Source: Podarcis melisellensis (Eukaryota). Taken from it: a stretch of 64,000 bases of DNA. A program made the translations under genes and the position numbers. Location: the NCBI GenBank assembly GCA_964234715.1, contig OZ174278.1. One strand, given 5' to 3'. Of the stretch, positions 50,487 through 62,013 are shown one piece after another. A model generated the notes under the pieces. It was not told the origin of the DNA and made no database searches. It was given only the letters and a program-made list of their open reading frames with translations. Positions within the stretch are counted from its first letter, which is position 1. Each line of letters opens with the position of its first letter.

Positions 50487-50633
50487 CAGTGGCGTAGCGT
50501 GGGTTGTCAGCACCCAGGGCAAGGCAAGTAATTTGCACCCCCTAACCCGTGGATTTGCGCCCCCTAACCCTAACCCCCAGATGTTGCGCCCGGTGCAGCC
50601 AGCCCCCCCTGCACCCCCCACGCTACGCCACTG
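50487..50633. mobile_element. 147-bp hAT-type MITE
   Basis: TIR CAGTGGCGTAGCGTGGG / CCCACGCTACGCCACTG; 8-bp TSD GGTGTGGT (50479-86, 50634-41). Confidence 0.9.
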
Positions 50634-50850
50634 GGTGTGGTAAAGTGGTTAGAGTGTTGGACTAAGACCTGGGAGACTCAGGGTTCAAATCCCCACTCAC
50701 TGCATCCAGCTCACTGCATGACCTTGGCCATTCTCTTAGCCTAACCTACCTCACAGGAATTGTGAGGATAAAATGGGGTGGAGGACAACTATGTACACGA
50801 CTGTGAACTCCTTGGAGGAAAGGTGGGGTATAAATGTGAAAATAAATAAA
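50634..50850 (+). mobile_element. MIR-like tRNA-derived SINE
   Basis: A-box-like GTGGTTAGAG, B-box GGTTCAAATCC, core cctaacctacctcacagg, tail gggtataaatg...aataaataaa. Confidence 0.7.
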
Positions 50851-51165
50851 CAACCACTGGAAACTGGTTAACCTTTTGTGGCATATTTGAATAAATTTAC
50901 ACTTGCGTTTTGGAAAATGCTTAATAGGAAAATAAATGTTAGCTTAATTATTACTAATGTTTGGATTGATTGTGTGCACCCCATGGAAATAGTTTAAAGT
51001 TGTGGTGGTAACCTGGTATTCCACCTGAAGAAATTGTTTATATCTACACAAAAAGTAATTGGAAAATGTTCTTCCCGTAATTTCTGAGGAACATAGTGTC
51101 CTGCAGGTGCGTACTGTGTGTTTCTCAGAAACGTGTTTTCTCACATGCCTAAACTTTTCTTACAG

Positions 51166-51298
51166 CTATATAATTGGTCAGATTCTTTCTGACCAACCCC
51201 GAGATGCAATTGTAGAAAACATTCAGAGGAGGTTAATCCAAATTGGAGAAAATGTGGCAAATGGCAGCGTTCCAGTAAAACAATTTGAAATCAACAAG
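51166..51298 (+). CDS. POLA1: POLA1 exon (~30): [44 protein letters not shown]
   Basis: tacag/gtaaat; 133 nt. Confidence 0.96.
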
Positions 51299-51677
51299 GT
51301 AAATAGTTTTGGTTTTTATAACTGTTACGCCTGAATTTGTTTGAATGTATTCCATTCTCTCCTGGTGTCCATTTTTTGTGTTCATGGTAGCTGATCTTTT
51401 AGCAATTGCAGAGAGCATTTCTTAAAAACATTTTAAAATTCTGACAGGAACAAAGAAAGTAAAAAAGAAAAAAAAGAATCTAAGTTTTAATCAGAGAGGA
51501 AGGCAAGATTTGTCTAGTGTAAGCCGAACTTGTACATATATCTTTCCCTCAGATCTGTCTTTTTGCTCCCCCCCCAACCTCCCCCTCCAAACTGAACTAA
51601 GGCAGGGAGTGCCAAACTTTCTCAGCATGTTGCTTTTCATAAACCCATATTTCAAGCATAAGTAGTTTAAATAAGAG

Positions 51678-51810
51678 TTAGGGAACCTGTTGCCCTCCAG
51701 ATGTTGTTGGACTACAGCTGCCATCATCCCTGACCGCTGTTTATGGTGGCTTGGGCTGATGGGATTTGGAGTCCCAACAGCTTTGGGAAGGCGACAGGTT
51801 TCCCACCCTT
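51678..51810. mobile_element. Palindromic squamate MITE-like repeat (related relic ~39930-40025)
   Basis: gggaacctgt...ggactaca...catcatccc...gctgatggga...gtcccaaca...acaggtttccc imperfect inverted structure. Confidence 0.55.
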
Positions 51811-52520
51811 TATTTCAGTCAATATATTTCTGAGCAGGTCAAGCATTTTTCTCAACCCCTGTAGGTGGGGCATGTTTGAACAGAAAGAGGAACAGGTATG
51901 TATACAGTTGCTTAAACATTACAAACAGGATCTGAAAGCAGTACTTTCCTTTGTTGTAAATCCCCAACATTTGATATTTGGTCTGACCATGGAGATTCTG
52001 TTTTGCTGTAATGACTGATGGAGAGGTCTTGATAGATGGACTGTTCATGAATCGGCGCCATCCATTTTAAAGGCACCCTCTTTGACTTGGTCATTCCCTT
52101 TCTATCCTGTAGTATATATTTTAAGTTGACTTTAATTCCTCTCCTTCCAAGTTTCCTGAAGGAATCTGACTTTACCCATTCTCCCTATCCATTTATTTTA
52201 ATCAATGACATCATTTATCTCTTCTGAGGGAGTGAGCCATTATTTGAGCCAAGATAGAAGGGATGGATCTGCTCCTTAGCTTCTTAACATCATTCTGAGT
52301 CTCTGTCTGCATTGCTATCCTTCATGAGATTTGTTGCCCAAGATGGCAACTGGGAAGAAAATGCCCAGGTAAAAATAAATAATCTCATTTTACAAGCCAG
52401 TTTTTTATGGAAAGCAACAGATACAGAACCTAATATTTATGCTATTTCATACGTTGATGAATTTTGCAGTAGTTTCACCAGCAATTTCCCCTCTGTATTC
52501 TTTTTCTTTGATATATATAG

Positions 52521-52679
<159 letters not shown>

Positions 52680-52806
52680 TAATAAAATGTTTATCGGTGT
52701 GGTAAATACTGTTAGCGATACGTTGTGTGCCCAGTACGAACTTAGAAAGGTATACGTAACTAAAGAAAACCAATAAACCTTTCTTTTTTGTTTCTTCTTT
52801 GTATAG

Positions 52807-52981
52807 GATGGATCAAATCTGAGTGCTAGCCAGAGAGCATATGCTCCAGAACAACTGAAAAAACAACCGAATCTTGCTATTGACACTCAGTACTATCTGT
52901 CGCAACAGATCCATCCAGTAGTGGCTCGTATTTGTGAACCCATAGATGGAATTGATTCTGTCCTTATTGCAGCATGGCTAG
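52807..52981 (+). CDS. POLA1: POLA1 exon (~32): [17 protein letters not shown]...[30 protein letters not shown](G)
   Basis: atag/gttagt; 175 nt. Confidence 0.97.
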
Positions 52982-53014
52982 GTTAGTATTGAAGTTCAGT
53001 ATTTACTTTGCAAT

Positions 53015-53344
53015 TAAAGGTAAAGGGACCCCTGACCGTTGGGTCCAGTCGCGGACGACTCTGGGGTTGCACGCTCATCTCGCTCTATAGGTCGAGGGAT
53101 CCAGTGTACAGCTTCTAGGTCATGTGGCCAGCATGACTAAGCCGCTTCTGGCGAACCAAAGCAGCGCATGGAAATGCTGTTTACCTTCCCACCTTCTACT
53201 TGCACTTTGACGTGCTTTCAAACTGCTAGGTTGGTAGGAGCTGGGACCGAGGAATGGGAGCTCATCCCATCGCAGGGATTTGAACCGCCAATCTTCTAAT
53301 CAGCAAGTCCTAGGCTCTGTGGTTTAACCCACAGCGCCACCCGC
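53015..53344 (-). mobile_element. Sauria SINE, near full length
   Basis: Minus strand: GCGGGTGGCGCTGTGGGTTAAACC (A box), GGCGGTTCAAATCCC (B box), Bov-B-like 3' end with ACCTTT tail. Confidence 0.88.
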
Positions 53345-53672
53345 TTACCACTTATTAGTAATTAGCGTATGGTAGAGCATTGCAACCCTGCCTCCTCCCG
53401 CTGTGCACGATGTGCTGTAGGGGACTTGTATTAAGCCAAGGTACCCCTCGGCTCTGCCAACTGAGCTGGCTAGCCACTGGCAACCCCCCCCCCCTTGTGG
53501 TATCCCAACCAGCAGACAGCCCCAAACAGAATGTTCATATGGTGGGGCTAAACTATCCCAAAATCCACTGGATACCCAGCTGGTCTCATTGCAGATGGTG
53601 GCATTGGACCAGTCCTGACCCAATTGCTGTGCCAACTTAGAATCAAGCCCTGTTGTCCACAGCTACCACCAC

Positions 53673-53726
53673 AGTCGTCCGCGACTGCACCTAACGGTCA
53701 GGGGTTCATTTACCTTTACCTTTACC
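53673..53726 (+). mobile_element. Sauria SINE/Bov-B-type 3' tail fragment
   Basis: agtcgtccgcgactg..cYaacggtcagggg..(TTTACC)n; reverse complement of 53015-53060. Confidence 0.7.
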
Positions 53727-54575
53727 ACCACCTTCAGCAGAGTTAACTACTATTTGAATCAATGTTTTCATATGCTTTAAGCTTATCTTAGACTCTCCAA
53801 CTGCTAGTGATAGTGTTGGCCCAATGCACGGCTGTTTGTTTGTTTGCTTACTTAATTTGTCTTTCCACCAAATGATGCTCGAGGCAGCCAAAAGTAAATT
53901 ATAAAATACGAAACAATAATACATTGTTTTTGTCATGATCCAAGTGCAGCTTTGTACTTCCCATAGGCAGTGGTAGCAAGGCCTGTTTGTATCACTTATT
54001 CTCGAGGTAAACTCTGTTCAGCAAATTTTAGGCTGTTAATTTTTCATTATTCCAACCCACCCGCACACATCCTCAGGAAAGGCAGTGCATAAATTAAAGG
54101 GGGAAATAATTAATAGCAATTATAAATAATAATGTTAGAAAATTCTTCTGACCAAGATTAGGATTCAGCATTTCAAGAATACACAGCCACAGTTTGGCGC
54201 ATCATTGTAAATCAGAATTAATGATTTACTGTAAGCTCACTGATCTTGCCTGCTTTGCTCTTCCCCACCGGTGAGCAGAGAAAACAAACGATCCTTGGCA
54301 TAGCCTTATCATGTTTTGTTTCATTGTTTTGTATGGCTCAGTACGACTGTAATCCACGGCATAACTTTATTGACCTTTCAGTTTTAGCCAACTAAAAATA
54401 ATCAACGTGTAATCCTATGCATGTCTACTCAGAAGTAAGCCCCATTTAATATAGTGGGGTGAAACTATTGTTAGTGAAAAATGCTTGCAGAGTTAAATCT
54501 TTGTGGTCTAAGTGTTAACCAAACAGGGCTATAAAGTACTACACAACTGTTTTTCAAAAAGAGATTCAGGTTGGA

Positions 54576-54593
54576 AGCCTCTAGGTGGCAGCA
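54576..54593 (+). promoter_or_regulatory. Candidate CTCF site
   Basis: GCCTCTAGGTGGCAGCA matches CTCF core; motif only. Confidence 0.45.
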
Positions 54594-57142
54594 CTAGACA
54601 CTATTTCCCTTTTATTTTTCAAAAGCTTTAATGAGTTATGCAGCAGGGTGATTAACTTTTAAACTTGCATAGCTCTCAAGTAAGACTGGGGAAGAGTGGT
54701 CCCCCCCCCCCCGTATTAGCTTGTTTATTAAAATAACTAATTTTGAAATAATCACCCTGCAAATGGAAACTTTAGTCTTTACAAAATATTTCCTTTAAAC
54801 ATAAAAATTACATTTAACCTGAGTATTATTACTTATTAACAGAAATTTAAATTTTTACACTTTTCCCCAAGGCCTGATCATATGAAAGCTTATTAGACTA
54901 TTCTTGCTGTTAATAGAACGTAATGGCTTTTAAAGTAAGAGATGAGTTTGTGATCTAAGATTCTTCTACCTTTCTACTTAATTTGGGGAATCCTAAGTGA
55001 ATTAATTATTAAAAGCCTGTATATGAAAAAATAATTCACAATTAATTTTGACAGATTAACTCATAAGCAAGAGAGATCAGTTCAAACAAGTCTTGGGGTT
55101 TCTCTTTTCTTTCTTTTTTTAAGGACTCTGATGGTAAGATGTATTGCTTCCATGAAATTTACTGATCGTTAGTTTTGTTTTATTTTTATTTCTGTAACTT
55201 AATGCTGAAAGTGGATTCCTTGAACCAAGTAATTGTCTGTGGAACAAAATACAATATTATTAATCCAGGTATTTACTTAGGTGTCCTTAAAATTATACTT
55301 CTTTATTTGCTTGGTTTGCTGTGAGCTTGAATCAGGACCACAGCTGGTTATGTTGTTTCCAGACAAAATAATTATTAATGCTAAAATGAAGGTTGGTGCA
55401 AATTGCTATTGATGAGCTCCATTGACATCAGTAGAGTTCTGATTCACACAAACTGTATCTGAACTTCTCATAAACGAAGACAGATGGCTTACCTATACCT
55501 CTTTGTTTCTGTATCTCCAATTCCAATATATATATTTTCTAATATTATTCAGTAAGGCTATCCATGCTACAGCATGAAAGGAGGGGGATTCTATTCAATA
55601 TTACTACTTAAATATATTTTAAGAGTCCCCCCTTTCTAATTAATTCTAACACGATGCAAAATATTACGATAGAAAATGGTATTCAGTAAGTTTTCCTTTA
55701 GCTCCCCTACATTACAAATAAACTCCTTTTGTAAGCTTGCTCTCTTAGGAAGATAATCAGAATTTATTTTCAATTGCTAAAAATGCTATTTTTCAAGCAT
55801 CCCAGTTATAAAATATTTTAATGATAATGACTTTCTAAAACATTAAGTAGATGAAATGGGCATTCGTTTCAGACTTCAATCCATCAACCACTTCAGAATA
55901 GTATCAGAAGTAATAATGGTACTTTTAGACTGCTCCAACGAAGGTAGTATGTGGCTTGAAGTCATAGTGAATGTATGAAGTAGTAGTAGTAGAACACTGA
56001 GCACTCTTTTTTTAAAGAGCAAGTTGTTTAAATATTGTTTCACCAATATTTTTAAAATTTAAACTGGAATTAATTTTGTCAAAACCCTATAATCCCTATC
56101 TAAATTCATTAAGCTAAAATAGATGCCCTGTTGGTCAAGGGTGTGCCCTGTGTCAGTGTTAATATTCCTTACGCTGTAAAAAGCATTCCTTACTTTTAAT
56201 TCTTCATTAGTAATGATAAATTCAACTCTCTTCCTATTACAAATGGAAGTTTTAAATAAAATAAGTAAGCAAGCCCTCATGACGTGAGCATTCTTGCAAT
56301 ACTTTTTTTTTGTCGCTCCTGAAGGTGACGTACCTATTGCTTAACAATTATAATGACACTCAACCAAATTCTTATTCTGTATCCTGGTCTGTTAAATTAG
56401 TTACCTTTATCTTTGATCCTGACCGGCTGTTTAAAATGCATCTCTAAATACAAAACACATTAGTACAATAATAAATTGTTGCTCATATTTCCCAAACTTT
56501 ATGTGTTCTGGTAACCAAAAGTGCTTTTTTTGTCTTCAATTCACACTTTTTAAATACTGCTGCTGAATTTTAACAACTGCATTAGATTGAAACCTACATG
56601 CTGTTAACCACTGAGCCAAAATGAAATCGACCACTGCATTGAAGTCTGAGTTGGCAGTTGTGTACAGTCTTGAAGGAGTGGGTAATAGCAGTACAACCAG
56701 GTTTCTTTTAATGGAGTTTTTATATTCTCCCTTTCATTTTAATGATGCCATTCTGGTTTAAAGACTTTCCTAATAAAGATGCACAATTTTATTCAAATAT
56801 TCTCTGTGTAACTTAAGAAAATAGCAATAAAGCTGTTCTCTAGGAGTAGCATCTTCGTAAACAAAATGTTCTATTGCATACTCCCCATGGTAGATAATGC
56901 ATTGTGCTTGTTTTATTTATAAAGCAATTTTGTGTGAAAAGATAAGTAATTTCTTCATGTTACTCAGCTCTTCATCTTAAGTTTAAAATGGGAAAACGTA
57001 TTCTTTTCTCTTTTTTTAAAACACCTTTTCCTTAGGATTTAGTCTTCCTTTGGATTTTACAGTTTGTAATTCCTATTCGAAGCTGTATCAACTTAGATGA
57101 ATTGCTTTCTTCGGACTTTGAATTTATATTTCTTATTACCAG

Positions 57143-57324
57143 GGCTGGATCCCTCACAGTTCAGAGTCTCTCACCATTATCATAAAGATGAGGAGAATGA
57201 TGTTTTGTTTGGAGGGCCAGTTCAGCTCACTGATGAAGAGAAATATAAAGACTGTGAAAGATTCAAGTTTGCTTGCCCAAAGTGTGGGACAGAGAACATT
57301 TATGACAATGTCTTTGATGGTTCG
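57143..57324 (+). CDS. POLA1: POLA1 exon (~33): LDPSQFRV...[33 protein letters not shown]
   Basis: ccag/gttagt; 182 nt; first CxxC of CTD zinc finger. Confidence 0.97.
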
Positions 57325-58500
57325 GTTAGTATTCTGATATTTATATTTTGAGAACAAATTCTCTATATAGGAGATGGTATAAGGAGGAAAAGAGCCAGTT
57401 ATTTTTCTAAGTTTCCATAAGGGGCATTTGTATGTTAATGCCAAATCCAGTTTTCCATACTATTCTCATGTGCTTTTTCAAAGTGTTACACAAATGTAGC
57501 ATCTTAGAACTGCTTACTTAATAAGGCCTATTCAGTGTCATTTGCCTACCCTAAATCAAGCTAATTGGAAGAGAACATTTTTTTTAAGTTTCTGTTTTTT
57601 ATTTTTACTTCCCTCTTCCCTTTTATATAGAAGTTTCTTCTATGTTATCTTTCCTGCTGTCTTCACACATCAGACATAAAAAGTCATCGGGTACATTCCT
57701 GTCAAGGAGTGCTGCCAGAAAATCTATCTGTGACCTTGGATCAGAACTTGAATCAGAGCCAACTATTTAACTCTATTGCAATGTTATGCATGTACCAGTT
57801 ATTGGCAAATTAGTAGGCTGTGGAGAAGTGAAAACCTTGAGAGTTAAAGCAAATAAATTCTGTATCTAAATTAAAAGCAATTATTTTAAGTTAATTTGGA
57901 CAAACAGCAGATGTTCTGTGTTCCTTGAATCAAAACAAAGCAGTTCTTGGAAGCAAGCGAGAGGAAAAGGCAGGCACAGATCAGTAATACTTGGTAAATC
58001 CTTGACTTTGTTTCATTACAGCTGTAAATAAGATAGTTAATTGCATGGGGGCTTGACAACTTACAGATGGGCTAAGTGTAAGAAGAGCGGATGTCAAGCT
58101 CTGCAATCTCTTCCACCTGGAATTGCTTAATGTTGTTAGTGCGGGAGTGGTTGCTTGGATCACAAAAGTACAGATTTTTAAGCAGTAATAGAAAGGGGGG
58201 TGGTATGAAACTTGACTGCTCTTCAGTGCATTTCTTCATAATGAGAAATGTATTAGTTTGCTTTTATCTGTGTAGACAGACTGAAAATTCTGTTCGGCTA
58301 AAAAAGGTTGTAAATCTTCCAGTGAGACATTATTTCTGCTGCGGCATGTCAGATCCTGACTGTGCAGTCAGAACCACAAGAAGAATACTAGGACAGGAAT
58401 ACCACTTTGCCTTAGAATGTATGTCTTTGAACTTTATACTTGCACAGGACCTTTTGCAAAGCTGTTGTTTATACTGATTTTTGGTCTTTTAAATCTGTAG

Positions 58501-58632
58501 GGCCCGATGATCGAAGCCAGCTTGCGACAGTGTAGCCAAAAAGACTGCCGTGAATCTCCTCTAATGTACCTAATGCAAATTAACAACAAGCTAAACCTGG
58601 ATATAAGAAGTCATATTAAAAAGTACTACAGT
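58501..58632 (+). CDS. POLA1: POLA1 exon (~34): GPMIEASLRQCSQKDCRESPLMYLMQINNKLNLDIRSHIKKYYS
   Basis: tgtag/gtgagt; 132 nt; CxxxxC completing first Zn site. Confidence 0.94.
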
Positions 58633-59417
58633 GTGAGTAACTGTGTTCTTTAAGTTTATATTTAGTTCCTCATATGAGCAGCACCCCCTCTTGTCCTGAT
58701 CCTGGCCCAGTTCAGACACCAACATCCTATAAAACCATGGTTGATCCTATAAAACCATGGTTTACTGAACCAGTAACTGTGTGCTGGCATACTCTCACCT
58801 CTTCCTTCTTCTCGTGTTTCTTACTTGAGTTGAAGATATTTTGGTTTCTTAAACTGGTTTCTCATGTCTGAACCAGGTAACTGCTTAAGCAACTTCCTTC
58901 AGATATGGTTGTATGTACCAATTTCTTTAGATCTAAACATTTGCAAATCATATGAGAGAATTTGCTTGGCCTTGTTATCAGACTGTGTTTGTACTAATTC
59001 AGAAGGGCTGGGGAAAAGAATCCTTTAACTTCAGTGTTCGCATTGTGTAGGCTTTCTAATGTGCATTTCTGTGAGAGTTGTAAATTCAGATCAGGGATTG
59101 CTTCTTTTGAAGGTAAGTACCTTACATTTAAGCAACTCAAAATCATATAATTAAGATTTTTTTTTAGGGTTTTCTGAGGACTACTCACATGGATGGCTCT
59201 GAACTGATTTCACAGGCCTTTGTTCTTTCCGTGATTAAAGTTTAATCATGCAAACCAAATATTATTTTAAGCAGCGGAATTTGGTTTGTATTTAAAGAAC
59301 AATGTAAATCTAGTGAGAACACCAAAATGTGATAAAGTGTTTTAAATTAGGACATTTCCTAACTTTTTAGAAATGTTTGTTCATATTATTTTTCAGAATG
59401 AGGCAACAATTTGTATA

Positions 59418-59608
59418 CAGTGGTGTTTTGGTTTGCATACGTCTTGGTTTGCATATGTTTTGGATTACAAACACGTCAAACCTGGAAGTGCATGTCCTGG
59501 TTTGCAACCTTTTTTTTGGATTACAACCCATTTTCAAAAAAAATTTTGGAGGCCCCATTACAAACGGATCTCCGGAATGGATGATGGTTGTAAACCAATG
59601 TACCATTA
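59418..59608. mobile_element. Decayed Tigger-like MITE
   Basis: TA-CAGTGGTGTTTTGGTTTGCA ... TGTAAACCAATGTACCATTA-TA imperfect TIRs. Confidence 0.6.
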
Positions 59609-61594
59609 TATTAGATGCTACCACGTGGTGTCAGAGCTCCACACATTTTAATGGCCTTATCATTTGTATAAATGTCAACATGATAATTTGAAAAGATTTT
59701 TGCAAATCACTCCAATGAAAGCAAGTTTGGTTCAACACACATTGAGACCTTTGGTTAAATATTGGTTGCACTTTGTTGGATTATCCACACATACACCCTT
59801 CTTCCATCTCAGCTCTTATTCCTAGCCGCTATGTAAAGATTTTTACCTTCCTCTTCTTCCATAGAAGCTTACAAGCATTCTTGTTGACAGTTTCACTATG
59901 GTTCCAGGTAACTTCTGATTTAGTCTCTCTAACACAGTGCTGAAAGTTGTGCACGGAAATATTTTCGAAAACTGGGATCAAGAAAGATTGAAATGCTGGT
60001 AGGGTGAAAGAGGAGCAACCAATTACTCTTTGCTGATGGAAAACACCTGGGTGCAAACAGTGGCTATCTATACCTACTCCGTATCTTTTAGGAGCAGCAG
60101 TATGAAAATGGAGAGAGAGGGTGACTACTGCAGAGGAACTAGGCATTAGGGATAGCTTCACATTTCAGCTGCCTCCACATGTTCTATCTCTGGAAAAGAA
60201 GAAGCATGGAAATGTGGAGTGCAGAAATACTCTTATCAGCGGCACTCACTTTTAAAAAATGTGTATTCCTGAGTTACAACTCCTGTAAATATTGTGCAGC
60301 TTCACAGTAGCTCCAACAGTAGGTTTGGGACTTGGCTTGCTGAAAATTTTCTTACTAGTTTCATTAATATATTTTTGGAGTCTCCCCCACCTTTCTTAAA
60401 ACTTAAAATGGTGTGGCTTTTTAAACTTTGCTTATAGGGCAACTGGGTGCACTGGAAAGCACAGTGCCAGTGAGATACCAGCCATGTGCCAAGGTTTAGT
60501 TTCATAAGCAGCTGTTCTTGCCAATAGATAGGGTCCTCTGCCCCACTCGCAATCAACTTAGTGTATAGGGCCCAGAAAATCCCCATTGCTCAGGGTGATG
60601 ATGATAGGAGTCATAGTACATAACACCTGTGGGTGTACACGCAGACACTTATTTCTACCTCATTTTTCCTCTTTGTTCCAAGGAGCTCGACATACATGGT
60701 TCTCCACTCTCCCCCAACCCAACACCTTTTCATTATTACAATAACCCTGTCTTGTTATGATCCCTGTACTACAGCATTTCATATCGGCTATAAATAATTC
60801 GTCCTAACAAACCCTGACTCCCCTCCAGGGAGCTCTCAGCCGCAGCGTTTGCACACGCCGCCATCTTGGTAGCATCTATAGTAGCACGGTTGAGGGAAGT
60901 TATCATCTGAATTGGAGCCTTCTAAATGTTGTGCCTATATTTGAGGTGACTTGATTCTTTGAAACTGCTTGGTGATACTTCTTTACTTCTTCATAGTGTT
61001 TATATCATCAATACCACATAGGAGTTCTGTTCAGACCAAAGTTTGGAACCTCCTAGAGCTAGGTGATTAAAACACATTAGGTGAGATGTCTGTTCCTATA
61101 TCTCAGGTTGCACACTCAAAGGAGTGTGACATCTCCATCCGGAAAGATGCATTAGTGGGTGGTAGGTATAAAAAGGTTGACTACCCTTGCATTAGGGTGA
61201 GCCATACCATGATGTTGATTGAAAACTGCAAGATTGTATTTGCTTGGGAAATGATCTGTGATCTAGTAACATTTTTGCTGTTTTAGCAAACATATTCCCC
61301 TTAAACAATAGCACGTCTTACTATTTTTTTCCTCCCCCCTTTTTTTTTTACTATTTGGCTTCTCCAGTAATAAATTCCTTAAATATTCCCCCCACCATTC
61401 CAAATAATTTTAACTTTTCATTTTTTTATCTGTACACATATTGAGCTTTTTAAAAAAGGACGACATCCTAAGATTTTATTCTTTCTTTTGGTTGCATTAT
61501 TCTTTTGAAAGATTGATCTAGGTTTTAAACAATTTCTGCAGAAGAACAAATAGAAAAAAGAAAGAAATACTAGCTAATCTAAATTGGGGAATGA

Positions 61595-62013
61595 NNNNNN
61601 NNNNNNNNNNNNNNNNNNNNNNNNNNNNNNNNNNNNNNNNNNNNNNNNNNNNNNNNNNNNNNNNNNNNNNNNNNNNNNNNNNNNNNNNNNNNNNNNNNNN
61701 NNNNNNNNNNNNNNNNNNNNNNNNNNNNNNNNNNNNNNNNNNNNNNNNNNNNNNNNNNNNNNNNNNNNNNNNNNNNNNNNNNNNNNNNNNNNNNNNNNNN
61801 NNNNNNNNNNNNNNNNNNNNNNNNNNNNNNNNNNNNNNNNNNNNNNNNNNNNNNNNNNNNNNNNNNNNNNNNNNNNNNNNNNNNNNNNNNNNNNNNNNNN
61901 NNNNNNNNNNNNNNNNNNNNNNNNNNNNNNNNNNNNNNNNNNNNNNNNNNNNNNNNNNNNNNNNNNNNNNNNNNNNNNNNNNNNNNNNNNNNNNNNNNNN
62001 NNNNNNNNNNNNN
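61595..62013. other. N-run, 419 nt
   Basis: Direct reading. Confidence 1.

Noticed and set aside
58725-58762. 20-bp tandem duplication atcctataaaaccatggtt
   Set aside because: Simple local slippage; no further structure
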